Assembly (NCBI RefSeq): GCF_009914755.1
Contig: NC_060935.1
Length of the DNA: 64,000 nucleotides
Direction: 5' to 3' (one strand)
From: the human T2T-CHM13v2.0 reference genome, Homo sapiens
Shown: positions 25,001 through 48,600 of the stretch, one piece after another
Position numbering within the stretch: the stretch's first letter is position 1
How the letters are laid out: the number at the start of each line of letters is the position of its first letter
Position numbers and translations under genes: made by a program
The notes under the pieces: model-generated
Database searches by the model: none
Seen by the model: the letters and a program-made list of their open reading frames with translations, nothing else
What the model was told of the DNA's origin: nothing

Positions 25001-25411
25001 TTTTCCTAAAATATATATTTATTGGAAAATACTCAAATAATAAAATATCTATTATGTAATATAATTTTAGGTTCTAAATTATGACACGTTTGTCTACAAG
25101 TATTTATCCCATTACATTCACAAAATTATTTTATTTTGTTTACCTGTATTATTTATGAAAACTGTCATAGTCATGATTTAAAGTTATGAAATCACCATTG
25201 CAAAAGGATAACTGAGACAGTGAAAAACATATTACCTAATTGACTCTACCTTGCTTCTAACATCTAAGCTGTCCTTGTTTATTTCTGGACTTCGAGTGGA
25301 ACTTAGTTTATAGTTTAGTTTTGCAACAAAGATAATAACGGTATTTTCCCAAAGCAAATCTCCTTACTGTCTGTGGATGAGACTGCCTAAAGCCACAAGA
25401 TTAAAAGTTAT
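22070..25411 (-). mobile_element. MER4-group internal sequence (AT-rich, non-coding), containing an LTR8-like segment at 25187-25411; no 3' LTR seen
   Basis: catttggcctgattatttg...aaattggctttgatggaac...cctctactcttgaggttccaagataa, typical of MER4-int; orientation agrees with the LTR and PBS at 36007-36557. Confidence 0.7.
24307..24910 (-). mobile_element. LTR14B-type (HERV-K14/HML-1) solo LTR with clipped 5' tip
   Basis: Minus strand ggcagggcttgcttgtctgacataatgtaaaag...accAATAAAt...gactccgccagactt...cactccaaCA. Confidence 0.7.
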
Positions 25412-31597
<6,186 letters not shown>

Positions 31598-34500
31598 CCC
31601 ACATTGAGACCTTCTTAATTTAGCCTTCAAAGTCTAACTATCATGATGAGGAAAGCAAAAGGCAAAATCAGGCAGAGTTTCAAATGCTTGCCTCCATCAT
31701 CAGGGTCCCTGCAGGTCCACCGGGCCGCAGCTCCACATGGAAGCCTCCTAGCAATCCACCTCCACCTGGTACCTGTTTCAAGTGTGGCAATGAAGGCCAC
31801 TGGTCCACACAATACCCACATCCAGGTAAACCCTCCAGGCCATGCCCCCTCTGTGGAGGACCCCACTGCAATTTGGACTGTGAGTGGCCCCCACAAGGAC
31901 CACCCCCATCCCTTCCTGATCTGGCCAAAACTTCCTACTAGCATCTTATCTGCCTTGCTCCTGAAGACTGGTGGTGCCCTGGAATGGATGTCCCAGCAAC
32001 TACCATTGCCACATCCAAGCCAAGGGTAACCCTCATGGTGGCAGGTAGGCCAGTATGTTTTTTTAGTTAATACCAGGGGAAACTACTCTGCTTTAGCTAA
32101 TTTTTTCAAGACCCATCCACTACTTCTAAGTCTCTGTTGTGGGAATTGATGGACAAGTCTCCAAAACCGAGCCACCCCTCCAATCTTCTGCCCCTTTCAC
32201 ATCGTTTTCTTCACTCACTCTTTCTTAGTCCTGCCCTCATGTTCAACTCCACTCCTAGACAGAGACATCCTTTCAAAACTCCACACTACTCACCACTTCC
32301 ATGTTCCCAATAGTACCCAATGCATCAACCCTGACCCCTCTGGGGCTCCTAACTTTCTTCTACTCCTCCAACCTCCCCCCTTAAAACATGCAACCTTTCT
32401 TTATTCCCGATCTGTAATTAACCCTGCTGTTTGGGATACTTCAACACCCTCAGTAACGAAACACCACACCCCCATTCACATTACCCTTAAAGATTTCACC
32501 CAGTTCCTATCACAGAAGCAGTATCCAATCCCCCAAGCAGAGCTTGTAGGCCTAAAGCCTATCATTTCTTGCCTCCTTTCCAGTCACCTACTCTGCCCAA
32601 CAGACTCCCCTTTTAACACACCAATTCTACCTGTCAAAAAGCCAGATGGAACTTATCGCTTAGTCCAGGATCTCAGGTTCATTACTAAGCCGTACTCCCA
32701 GTATGTCCAGTAGTTCCTAACGCATACACTTTACTTTCCATGACTCCCTCCAATACCACCCAGTTTTCTGTCCTAGACATAAAAGATGCCTTTTTCACAG
32801 TTACTTTACACCCTGATTCCCAAAACTTCTTTGCCTTTATATGGGAAAACCCCAACACTCACCTTTCATGTCAGCTCACCTGGTGTGCACTATTTTAAAG
32901 TTTCAGAGCCAGCCCCCCCCATTTTGGGCAGACCCTTGCTTGTGACCTCTGTACCTTATACCTAAAACTGTCCCCTCTCCAATATGTTAATGATCTGCTC
33001 CTGTGTAGCCCCTCTCAAAGAGACTGCAATGCCCATTCTTTCTTTTAAACTTCTTGGAAGAACGGGGGTATCGAGTCTCCCCTAAGAAAGCACAAATATG
33101 CACCCCCTCAGTCACCTATCTAGACCTAGCTCTTACCCCACGGACCTAAGGCTCACAACTAACTGCATATCCCTCCTCCAGTACCTCCTGCCTCCACAAA
33201 CTAAGCAAGAAATTCTCTCTTTTCTAGGACTAGTGGGATATTTTGGGCTCTGGTTTCCCTCCTTCGCTCTACTTGCCAAACTGTTACACCAAGCTGCTAA
33301 AGGCCCTCTCCAAGAGCCTTTAAACCCCACACAGCCTATTACCCAACCTTTCCATCTACTCCAGAAGGCTCTCATCTCAGCCCCCATCCTCACTCTCCAA
33401 GACCTCACCAATCCTTTCTCTCTATATACTGATGAACGGCATGGAGTTTCACTAAGTGTTCTAACCAAGTCTAAGGGACCCACCCTCCAGGTTGTTGCCT
33501 ACCTCTCTAAACAGCTTGAAGCCATAGTGTTAGATGGCCTGCCTGTCTCCAATCATTAGCCACCGCTGCTGTCCTCATCCTTGAAAGCTTAAAACTATCT
33601 CTCCATGCCAACCTAACAGTTTATTCAACTCATAAAATCAAAGACATGTTAGCTCACCTCAGTGTACTAAGTCTTATCTCTGCTCCACGGCTCCTTCAAC
33701 TGTATCCTGTATTCACTGAAACTCCCCAAATCACCATACTAACCAGCTCCCATCCAAACCTGGCCACGCTCTTACCTAAAGCTGCAACCACCCAAGACCA
33801 TACACACTTCTGTGTGAACACTGTTCTTATGCTTTTTCCAAACCTAACAGACCAACCCCTTTCAGATGCCTCCTTTACTTGGTTTATAGATTACTACTGT
33901 ATCTGCCACTCAGTATCACCCCAGGGCTTCCTCCAGCTGCCACCTTTTCCTACCCACCAAATCTGGGGCCAGGTATCCGGGCAAGATAGCCAAGTAGACT
34001 TCACTGACATGCTGCCCAATAAATGGCCCTTTATCTTCCAGTCTTTGTCTGTATTTTCTTTGGGTAGATAGAAGTGTTCCCAACAACTTCAGAAGGTACA
34101 AAAGTCATCACACAAACTCTCATTGTGTATATAATTCCCCATTTTGGACTCCTAACATGCATCCAATCCAATAACGGGCCCGCCTTTTATCAGCCTAATT
34201 ACCCAATGTATCTCTACATCCCTGGTAATAAAATCAGTTCTCCACACACCCTACAGGCCTCAATCTTCAGGCAAAGTTAGAAAGGTCAACTCTGTCCTTG
34301 AAGCTCAACTCACCAAGCTAGCTCTAGAAACCCACCAGTCATGGACAAAAAAATCTCCCTTTCACACTCATGAGACTTCATGCAACAACCAAAACACCCT
34401 CTTTTTATAGTCCCTTTGAAATCATGTGTGGCCAAACTTTTGTCTTAGGGCCTTCACCCTCACCAGACTTTGAGCCACTCAGAAATTACCTCCCCTCCTT

Positions 34501-35579
34501 AATCCAGACATGGTCTTTCACTCTTGAAGCAGCAAATGAGGCCATGCCTCTCCCTGTTGACACCTCCTTGTCCTCTCAACATAACTGTCTTGCAGGCACA
34601 GACATGTTTATTTGCCAACTCAACACTCACCAAAAGCTACAACCGAAGTGGACAGGCCCCTACACTGTGATACTCAGCACACCAACTGCAGTGAGAGTCT
34701 AAGGACTCCCTCACTGAGTCCATCACACCAGGGTCCAGCTCATCCCCAAGGCTACTCCTTCCTCCAAAACATTAACAGTGGATAACACCCTCAGAGTCCC
34801 TGTATATAACCTAAACAAAGAAAAAATGATCTTTAAAGGTAGGAGAAAGCCAAAGATGGCAAGAGGATGAATGGTCTTCTCAAGGGATTATTGAATATTA
34901 TTGTCCTGCCACTTGGGCTGAGGATGGCTCATGAGGTTATTGCACTCCCATATACATGCTTAATAGAATAATCACAGATGGTTCTAGAGATAGTCACTAG
35001 CCAAACCGCCTTGGCCCTGGAAATGCTCGTGCAACAACAAAACCAAATGGGCACAGCAATTTATCAAAATAGGTTAGCACTAGACTACTTATTAGCAGAA
35101 GAAGGTGGGGTCTGTGATAAATTTAATATCTCTAATTGCTGTCTTAACATAGATGATAACAGAAAAGTGGTTCTAGATATCACTTTAAACATCAGAAAAG
35201 TAGCCCATGTACTAGTCCAAACCTGGAAGGGATGGGACCCAGCAAATCTTCTAGGAGGGTGGTTCTCTAATTTAGGAGGATTTAAAATGCAGGTAGGGAC
35301 AGTAATCTTTATCAATGGGTTCCTCCTGTTTCTCCCCTGAGTTATCCCACTAATAATAAAAGCCATTAAAACTCTTGTTGAAACTACATTTAACTGCAAG
35401 ACAATCCAGACGATGCTCCTCCTACAACGACACAATGGATACCAACTGGTCTCTCAAGAATATCCCCAAAATTAAGCTCTTCTTTTTCCGAGATGTCCAC
35501 ACCACCCCTATGTCAGGCCTGAAGTAGTTGTTGAGAAAGTTTTTTCCTTTTCCCTTTTCTATAGCCAAATAGACAAGAA
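31598..35579 (+). mobile_element. HERVH48-type internal remnant, copy 2: gag C-terminus with zinc knuckles, pro, RT, IN, env TM
   Basis: CFKCGNEGHW and CPLCGGPH knuckles; RT YRLVQDL and LDIKDAFF; [28 protein letters not shown] (34978-35340). Confidence 0.85.
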
Positions 35580-36006
35580 TGAAAGATTCTCCCCAAGGCC
35601 TGAAAACTTAGGGGGATGAATAACTCCTCCCTTTTCAGGCCCAGTCCCAAGGTGCAAGGCTATCTGCACTAGCAGCATGCACCAGCAAGATAGCAGAAAC
35701 AGGAAGAGAGCTAGCCAGGACACAGGTACCCTGACCAGAAGACACCTACTCTGTCTGGAAGACAAGTACCCCTGAAGATTGGGAAAGAGGTCGTCTGGGT
35801 ACTACGTAGCAGTTACGTCAGACGGGGACACTTCCTGTTTACAGGAGATTATAAAACCGCTGCCCTGTCCTCACTTGGGATTGATGCCATTTTAGGCCTC
35901 AGCCTGCCTGCACCCAGGCACTCATTAAAAGAGCTTGTTGCTCCACATTGCCTTATGTTTTCTGTTGGCGTGCTCTAGGGGTTTGAACCGATACAACAAC
36001 CTTTCA
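35580..36006 (+). mobile_element. MER48-type 3' LTR, copy 2
   Basis: TGAAAG...CTTTCA termini, TATAAAA and ATTAAA signals. Confidence 0.75.
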
Positions 36007-36557
36007 GGAAGCAAGTAAAACTCCAACAAAAGAAGAGTTTTACAGTAAAATAAACTTTAGATCTCAACCAAATTTTGGGAAATCAGGGATTCCCTGGAGT
36101 GGGTTCTCTCAGACTCAGCAAATTGTCCTATTGGTTTGACCCATAAAGTTAGCTCATGCTGGGACCAAGCTTTGATAGGAGATTTGTCAAAGGTCAGGGC
36201 ATCTCCACTCAGAATCCTTCTGTGGTTACCAAAAATGTGAACCCCCAAAATTTGAAATAGATCTCAGTTAATTTAGAAAGTTTATTTTGCCAAGGTTGAG
36301 GACATGCACCCATGACACAGAATCAGAAAATCCTGATGACATGTGCCCAAGGTGGCTGGGGCACAGCTTAGTTTTATACATTTTAGGGAGACGTGAGACA
36401 TCAATCAATATTTGAGTTTCTGATTAGCTTTTTCAAAGGATGCAATCAGGTATGCATCTATCTCAGTGAGCACAGGGATAACTTTGAATAGAATGAAAGA
36501 CACATTTGCCACGAGCAGCTTCCAGTGTGAAGGAGCCCAAGATGTTCTTATTTCACA
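36007..36557 (-). mobile_element. MER4-group leader/PBS plus MER4A-type 5' LTR (36236-36557), copy 2
   Basis: Paralogous to 6732-7403, lacking about 125 bp that correspond to roughly 7134-7257. Confidence 0.8.
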
Positions 36558-38044
36558 AGTGTGTAAGAGAATAAGTGAAAATCTACACAATGAGATATGG
36601 GGCCCCTTCCTCTTGCAGTTCCTAGGATGTCAGCAGCCAGCACACATTAAAACCTCATTGATTTTTCACTACCATGCACATATCATAATAGATGGAGGAT
36701 TTCTTTTTGGAAGAAAAGAGATGATCTATATACTGTCTGATAGCTCACAAGTTAAGCTAAAAAATATACAAACACTGCCCACACATTTGGAGATTGCAAA
36801 TAACTATTTTTCAAATTTCCTCATCTTCAAACATAAGTAGAAAGTTTTTGCTTTCAGGAATGATGGCAGGACTAGTGAATGGGAAGATAGATCAATAGAA
36901 ATCTGTCTTCAAATGAAAGCAAAGTAAAATTGATAGTCTGCACATTTGGGTGTAGCGTCTCTTGTACTTTCCTTAACTCTTCAGTTTTGACCCTAAATTT
37001 GCGAAATTAAGACCTTGTTGTTGACCAGATTTATCTGTTCACATCTTCGTAAGGTTTGCAATCATCTATTAATACCTAGTTAGTAATCTGTTAATACTTT
37101 TATAATACTAAAAGTTCTCACCTTACCCTTTATCCCAAACAACCAGACATTGTATTTCTGCCTACTATTTATCGTGCAATTCTGCAAGGCTTCTCTGGTG
37201 AATGTCCATGTTTCATATGGCTATTGTCATGAAAGAATGGCGGGCAGCATTTAGTTATTTTATTTCCTGAATGTCATAATAAAATTGTAATTGGCATTTT
37301 AGAGATAATGAACAATGCGATGGGTCCAGTCAGTCCCATAGCATTATTAAAAACATGATTTATCATATTTTGGTAAAAGCTGATCAATAATAAGGGCCCT
37401 TGTAGACTCCAGGAAAAATTAGAAATTCGTTAGTAGCTCAGATTTTGGAAGAGCAGACTCCTGTCATCTCTGGTATTATCTGAGCTGGGACATGATTTTT
37501 TTGTATTAACTCACTTTTTATTTGCTATTGACTATCTGTTCTCCCAAAATGTCTGCTTTCAAATAGGTTTCAGTTTTTAAGATGCAGATTCTCTTTCCAA
37601 TATCCTATAAGCTTCTTCTTCCTCCTTCCAGCCTGTTCAGAATTCAAAGAGGAACTCTGAACAGACTTGCTTTTGAATTGGGTGGACTAAACTTACATGG
37701 AAAATCTGTGGACTAACTGCACAAATTCAAATGCCAATGCTAGTTCAATCTGCTGTGATTTGTAAGAAAGAGGTAAAAGGGTAGTAAGATCCAAAATACA
37801 GCAACCTATGATGTTTGATCAGCATGGACTGTAACTAATAGCCAAGCATACTGAAAAAAAAAAACATTTTTATTAGCAGATTTTATCAGCTAAAATATGT
37901 CTAGACATTTTATCAATTACTTGTTTTCTGAGGTTAATTCATTCTCCTTTGAGTTTCCAAATTCCTTTTCTTCAAACTCTTCTACAATTATTTTCTGTTG
38001 AGTTAAACAGCTCAGAAATCAAATATTCTAGATTCAAAATTTAA

Positions 38045-38392
<348 letters not shown>

Positions 38393-39630
38393 TGAGTTTG
38401 AGAAAATTATTTTGAAATTTCCCCTCTGAACTTTTTAATTTTTCCCCAAAATGGATGCTGTTGTACTGAGACTAATACTTTTTAGGAGACTTCACAGAGG
38501 TTCCTAAGGCTTCTATGTACTTATTCCAAGTTAAATTAATCCTTCATTTCTAAAACACATTCTTCTCCAGAACAGCAGAGGATGTCTGTGTACTAGGTGT
38601 TAACTGCTAGTTTAAAAGTGTTGGCATGTTCATATTTGCTCTGTTCATAGAGAAATTCCCAAGTGGTTCCCTTCAGTTGGGGAGTGATCATACCCCAACA
38701 CCAGGTGACCAAGGCAACACCTCCTTTAGGATAACTTACACGTTTTTAGGACTATAAAATTAGGGTAGTGAAATTAAAATTATCTTCAACATTTGGTCGT
38801 GTCGGTGTTTTGGATTTTAGCTTGTCAAGTAGGTATATGTGATAGTTCATTGTCTTAATTTGTAATTCCCTACGACATAATTTCATTCACTTATTTCCTG
38901 TGTATATATATTGTCTTAGGTGAGATGTCTTTTGAGATCTTTTGACCACTGTTTTATGTTTTTTTTAAATTGGGTTGCTTACTTTTTATTATTATTGAGT
39001 CTTAAGGGTTCTTTGTAAATTCTGTTTAATAGTCATTTGTCAGATGTGTTTTGCAAATGTGTTCTTCCAGGTTCATCTTTTTATTAAGTGTTTTACAGAA
39101 CAGGATTTTTAAATTTTGTGACATCCAATTTGTTAATTCTTTCTTTCATTGCTGTAAACATAATATTTGTAATAGATATTATTTATAGAGCAGTTTAAGT
39201 TCTAAGAAAAATTGGGCAGAAGGTATACAGACTTCCCATATACTCCCTGCCCCCCACATACATAGCCTTCTCCATTATCAACATCCTTTACCATGGTGGT
39301 ACATTTGGTATAATTGATAAAGCTACATTGACACATTGTTATCACCTAGACTCTATATTTTATATCATGGTTCACTCTTGCTATTGTACATTCTATGGGT
39401 GTGGACAGATGTCTAATATATGTATCCACTATTATAATAGCACTGATTTTTTTCACTGCCCTGAAAAATGTCTATGCTATGCCTCTTCATCACTCCTTCC
39501 CTCCAACCCTAGAAACCACTGACCTTTTTACTGTCTCCACAGTTTTTTTCCAAAATATTGTATATTTGGAATCATACCTTCAGATTGACTTCTTTCACTT
39601 AGTCATTTAAGCACTGCATTTAAATTTTCT

Positions 39631-39632
<2 letters not shown>

Positions 39633-39667
<35 letters not shown>

Positions 39668-39946
39668 AGATGGAGCCTCACACCGTCACCTGGCCTGGAG
39701 TGCAGTGGCACAATCTCAGCTCACAGCAACCTCTGCCTCCTGGGTTCATGTGATTCTCCTGACTCAACCTCCTGAGTAGCTGGGATTACAGGTGCCCACC
39801 ACCACTCCCAGATAATTTTTTCTATTTTTAGTGGAGACAGGGTTCACCATGTTGGCCAGGCTGGTCTTGAACTCCTGACCTTTTGATTCACCTGCCTTGG
39901 CCTTCCAAAGTGCTGGGTTACAGGCCTGAAGCGCCGTGCCTGGCCC
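39633..39946 (-). mobile_element. AluS with a long pure poly(T) tail
   Basis: About 34 T, then gagatggag...ccatgttggccaggctggtcttgaactcctgacc...cctggcc. Confidence 0.9.
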
Positions 39947-40572
39947 TTCCATGTCTTTTTATGGCTTAATAGCTCATTTCTTCTTAGCACTGAATACTAT
40001 TTTATTGTGTGGATGTACTATAGTTTATTTATACATTCAACTACCAAAGACATTTTGGTTGCTTCCATATTTCACATTTCTGGATAAACTTACTGTAAAC
40101 ATATGAGTGCAGGTTTTTTTGTGACATAAGCTTTCAACTCATTTTGGTAAATACAAAGGAGAGTGATTGCTGCATTGCATGTAAGAGTATGTTTAGTTTT
40201 GTAAAAAACTTCCAAACTGTCTCACAAAGTAACTGTACTATTTTGCCTTGGTAGAGAATTCTCAAAACAAGAGTTCCTAATAATAAGAGTTCATAATAAG
40301 AGTTCCTGTTGTTCCTCCCCTGTGCCAGCATTTTGTCTTGTCAGTATTTTGGTTTGGCATCCTAAATAAGTGTATAGTAATCTCCTATTGTTTTAATTTG
40401 CAATTATTTAATGACATTATGATGTTCAAAATCTTTTCATTGTTATTCAATTCTTTTTTTCTCATTTTAAATTAGACTATTTGTTTTTGGAAATTGAGTT
40501 GAAGTTCCTTATATATTTTGAATATTAGTCTCTTAGATACATATTATGTGAATATTTTCTGCTTTTGTGCTA

Positions 40573-40936
40573 TGTATTAGTCTGTTCTCATGCTGCTAAT
40601 AAAGACATACCCAAGATTGAGTAATTTATTAAAAAATAAAGAGGTTTAATGGACTCACAGTTCTATGTGGCTGGGAAAGACTCACAATCATAGTGGAAGG
40701 TGAAAAGCATGTCTTACATGGTGGCAGACAAGGAAGAATGAAAACCAAGTGAAAGTTGTTTCCCTTTATAAAACCACCAGATATTATGGGACTTATTCAC
40801 TACCAAGAGAACACAATGAGGGAAACTGCCCCCGTGATTCAATTATCTTTCACCAAGTCCCTCCCACAACACATAGGAATTACTGGAGCTACAATTCAAG
40901 ATGAGATTTGGGTGGCGACACAGCCAAATCATATCA
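40573..40936 (-). mobile_element. THE1 (MaLR) solo LTR
   Basis: tgtattagtctgttctcatgctgctaataaagacatacc...cagccaaatcatatca; TSD tgcta/tgctg. Confidence 0.88.
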
Positions 40937-41740
40937 TGCTGGTTATCTCTTACTGCGTTGATTGATTCCTTTATTGTGTAGAAGCTTTTAGTTTGGTGTC
41001 ATCCCACTTGTCTTATTTGTCTTTGGTTGCTTGTGCTTTTGTTGTTGTACCTATGAAATCATTTCCAAGACCAATGTGATGAATCTTTTCCTGTTTTTTT
41101 TTCTACTATAAGTTTTACAGTTCTAGTTCTTTGTCTTTAAATCTCTAATTAAATTTGAATTGATTTTTAAACTATGCTGTACAATGAGTCTGTTTTTGTC
41201 ATTTGGCTTATGGATATTCAGTTTTCCCAGTATCATTGTTTAAATGACTCTCTTTTCCTTAGGGTGTATTTTTGTAATTCTTGTTGAAGATGAGTTGACC
41301 ATATCTGCCTGGATTTATTTGCAGAATCTCTATTCTGTTCCATTGAACTATATGTCTGGATTTATGCTAGGGTCATACTACTAAAATTAGTATAGTTTTG
41401 TAAAATATTTTGAAGTCAAGAAGTGTGGTATCTGCAGCTTTGTTCTTTCTAAAAAGATTACTCTCATTATTCTGGGTTATTATGAGGTCTGCATGGATTT
41501 CAGAATATTTTCCTTTGTTTCTGTATAAAAAGCCACTGAAATTTTGATAGAGATTGAATTGAATCTGTTGATCCCTTTGTTGCATGAACTGTTAACACTG
41601 CCAGGTCTTCCAGTCTATGAACAAAGTGTACCTTTTCATTTATTTGTGTCTTCTTTGATTTTGTTCATCAATAATTTGTAGTTTTAAAGCACAAGTCTTT
41701 CATCTCCTTGGTTAAGTTTATATCTGCAAATTTTATTCTT

Positions 41741-42076
41741 GGCTGAGCATGGTGGTGCATTCCTGTAATCCTAGCACTATGGGAGATGGAAGCAGGATGA
41801 TCCTTTAACCTCGGGAGTTTGAGGCAAGCCTGGGCAATATAGTGAGATCTTGTCTCCACACACAAAAAATAATAATTAAGAATTTAAAAAAATAGCTGGG
41901 TAGGTGGTGCATGCATGTAGTCTCAGCTATTTGGGATGCTGAGGCTGGAGGATGGGTTGAATCCAGGAGATTGAGGCTGCAGCGAGCCATGATTGCACCA
42001 CTGCACTCTAGCCCTAGGCAACAGAGTGAGACCCTGTCTTACAAAAATAATAATAAAAATAAAATAAAATAAAATA
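41741..42076 (+). mobile_element. AluJ with (AAAAT)n tail
   Basis: ggctgagcatggtgg...gaggctgcagcgagccatgattgcaccactgcactc. Confidence 0.85.
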
Positions 42077-42524
42077 ATTTTATTATTTTTGATGCTATAC
42101 TAAATGGGATTGTTTTCTTAATATCTTTTCCAGTGATTTTGTCATTAGTGTACAGAAATTCAACTAAATTTTGTATATTGACTTGTGTTCAGCAACTTTA
42201 CGGTATTTTTTGAGGTCTAGCATGTTTGTATTTGTTTTTGTATTTTGTTATGTCATCTTTAAACAGGCATAATTGTGCTTCTCTTTTCCCATTTGGATGT
42301 CTTTTATTTCTTTATCTTGCCTAATTGATCTGGCTAATACTTTCAGTACTAATTTAAATATAAAAATAAATTTTGAGAATGGACATCCTTGTCTTGTTTC
42401 AGTGGACCTGTTCATTTTTAAACATGAGGTGCTATTATTTTATGTCAGACTCTCTCCCTTCAGAACACTAAATAATGGATTTTTAAAATTATTTATTTTT
42501 ATTTTTTTCAATATTCAATATTAT

Positions 42525-42695
42525 CCAAATTATTTATTTTTATTTTTATTTTTTGAGACAGGACTGGAGTCCAGGTTGAAGTCTAGTGATGCTATCATAG
42601 CTCACTGCAGCCTCGAACTCCTGGACTCAGTGATACTTCTGCCTTATCCTGCAGAGTAGCTGGGACTATAGGTATGAGTCACCACACCTGGCTAA
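42525..42695 (-). mobile_element. Alu monomer (FLAM/FRAM or half AluJ)
   Basis: ttttgagacagg...atagctcactgcagcctcgaactcctgg...caccacacctggctaa. Confidence 0.7.
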
Positions 42696-43821
42696 CAATT
42701 TCTTTATGTATTTAGATGCTCTGCTGTTCAATTGGGTGCAGTCATAGTTAATTGTTATGTCTCTTGGTGAATTTATCCTTTTATCATTATATTAATAGAA
42801 TTATCTTCTTTGTCTCTTTTCACAGTTTTTGGCTAAAGGCTTATTTTGAGATATAAATATAGCCACCTCTGCTTTCTTTTGGTTTCCATTTACATGGAAT
42901 ATTTTCTTCCATCCCTTCACTTTTAATTTATGTGTGTTCTTACTAGTAAAATGAGTCTCTTATAGGCAGCATATTGTTGTATATTGTTTTTTAATCCAAT
43001 CAGTTGCTGTAAATGTTTTTATTGGAGAATATAACTCATTTATATTTAAGGTAACTATCAATAGGTAAGAACTTACTACTGCCATTTACAATTTGTGTTC
43101 TGATTTTTTTACTTTTTTCATTTTTTTCAGATCTTTTGATTCTTCCTGTCTTGTCTTCTTTTGTAGTTTGAAGGTTTTATGTGGTGGTGTGCTTTGAGTC
43201 CTTTTCATGTTAGGTGCAAATACTACAGGTTTTTGCTTCATGGTAAACATGGAGCTTACATAAAATATCTTAATCTTATAACAGTATACTTTGAGCTGAT
43301 AACAACTTTCCTTTCATTGCATAGAAAAACTCTATACTTTCATCCCATTTACTTTTTAGGATTTTGATGTCAACATTTATATTTGTTTTTGTAATTTTTA
43401 TGCCTTAACAATTTATTGTAGCTACAGTTGTTTTCAATAGTTTTGTCTTTTAAAACTTACGTAGTGATACAACTTTTTTTACACACTAACCTTACAGTAT
43501 TAGAGAACTCTGAGTATGAATTACTTATGCCGTTGACATATTTTTAGTTTCATATGTGTCATGTCATAAATTTTAGACTTTTGGTAATTCCTCTGAAGAC
43601 CTCCTGGTGATGAACTCCCTTAACTTTTGTTTGTCTGGGAACGTTTTTATTTCTCCTTTTTTTCTGAAGAACAGATTTGCCAGGTAAAGTATTCTTAGTT
43701 GACTGTTTGTTTGTTTGTTTGTTTTCAGCACGTTGGATATGTAACCCCAATTTCTTCTTGCCTAAAGAGTTTGTGCTGAAAAATCTTCTGAAAGCTGTAT
43801 TTGGGCTTCTTTCAGTGTGCA

Positions 43822-46862
<3,041 letters not shown>

Positions 46863-48600
46863 GTGAATGTTTTTTTAATTCTTGCTGTCTTCAGTATTCT
46901 TTGTCTTTGATAATTTGATGATGATTGTCTTGGTGAATTCCTCTTTCAGTTGAATTTGATTGGTGACAACTAACCTTCCTGCACGTGGATGATGTTGGCT
47001 TTCCCCAGATTTACAAAGTTTTATCTATTATTTTCTTAAATACGTTTTCTGGGTCTTTTGCTGTCTCTGCTTCATAAACTTTTTAAAGTATAAATAATAG
47101 TTTGTCAGATGATGTCCCATGATTCCTGTAGTCCTTCTTTATTTTTTTCATTCATTTTTTATTTTTGCTCTTCTAACTGGATAGTTTCAGATGTCTTATC
47201 TTTGAGTTCACTGATTTTTTTCTTTTTTTTCAAGACTGCTTTTGTAGCTTTCCATTGAATTTTTTTAATGTAGTTATTCTTTATCTCTAGGATTTTGATT
47301 TTCTTTTAAAATTGTTTCTATTTCTTTGTAAAATCTTTCATTTTGTTCATTGTTTTCCAAATTTTATTTAATTTTGTATTTATATTTTCTTAAAGTTCTC
47401 TGAACCTCTTTAAAAGGATTATTTTGAATTCTTTTGTCAGTTGTTTCACAGATCTGCACTTCTTCTGAGTCTATTATTGGAACTTTATTAGATCTTTTCA
47501 TGATGTTATGTTTACTTGACTTTTCATAATCTTTGTGTTCTTAGATAGATACCAGTGCATTTGAGAAGATAACCTCCTCTTCTACCTTTGGTGGTGACAA
47601 ACCTTTATTATTTGTCTATTCTGGGTTCTGGATGAGCTGGCTGGTAGCAACTCCAGACAGGCAGACCATGGTGTTGGGTTATCTAGTTGTGCTGGATAAT
47701 GTTTTGTCTTCTGAGGTTAAATGATACTGATGGCTATGCTTCATGGACTGATGAGATCACTCTGACACAAAATGGAGCTGCTGGTTGGCAATACAAACAT
47801 CTCTGATTAGGCAGGGTGACAGGATGTCTCTCCTAGCTGCACCATTGTTGTTTGGAATCTGCAGTTTTGCAGAGCTGTGTGCTGGAATCTGAAACAGGGT
47901 GAGGTCTATGGGCTTGCTGCTAGGCCACACAGGTATGGCAGGGCCTAAGACTACGCTTGATATGTTTTTACTTGGGCTTGCCTCCCAGCCTAGGGTAGTC
48001 TTAAGCAGAGTACTGAGGCTTGGTCCACTTATGATGCAGCTGCTGGGGTTTAATGGGGGCAGACGCTCCCTCCATGGATAACACTGACTTGCAGTTGGCT
48101 CCTGGGATGAGGAAGATGTGAAAATGTGGCTTTCCTCAGTTCTCTGGTCCAAAAGGGTTTCTCAGACTCACTCTCAAGTTCTGGAATGCTCATTATAGTA
48201 TTTTTTTGCCTCTGGTTAGTTGCTAGTTGAATTTCTGTCAGCATCAGGGGAGTGAAGCTGGAGAACTCCTATTCTGCCATGCTGCTAACATTACTTTCCA
48301 TGATCAACCTCTTTGTCTTTTCATTATAATATTTTATTTACAATGTGTCTTTATAATGATATTTTTAGGTTCAACCTATTTGGAAAACTTTAAGCTTCTT
48401 CAATGTCAATTTTCATTTCCCTTTCTATGCAATGTATAAGAGTTCCTGTTGTCCCACATCCTTGTCAACATTTGGTGTTGTTATTATTTTGAATTCTGGT
48501 CATTATAATAGGGGTGTAGTTGTATCTCATTGTTTTAATTCACAATTCCTTAATAACACATAGTGTTAAGCATATTTTTATATGCTTATCTACCCATATA
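46863..48600 (-). mobile_element. Continuation of the old L1M host (ORF1 and 5' remnants, further L1M pieces)
   Basis: cttgctgtcttcagtattctttgtctttga; tctttgagttcactgattt; gagttcctgttgtcccacatccttgtcaaca. Confidence 0.55.

Larger units (their letters stand above)
38780..43821 (-). mobile_element. Nested old L1M fragments (L1MC-type 3' end near 39180-40440, older ORF2 remnants), host to Alus and THE1
   Basis: gaaaaattgggcagaaggta...cccatatactccc; gtagaagcttttta; tgaagtcaagaagtgtgg; gtctcttataggcagcat. Confidence 0.7.
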
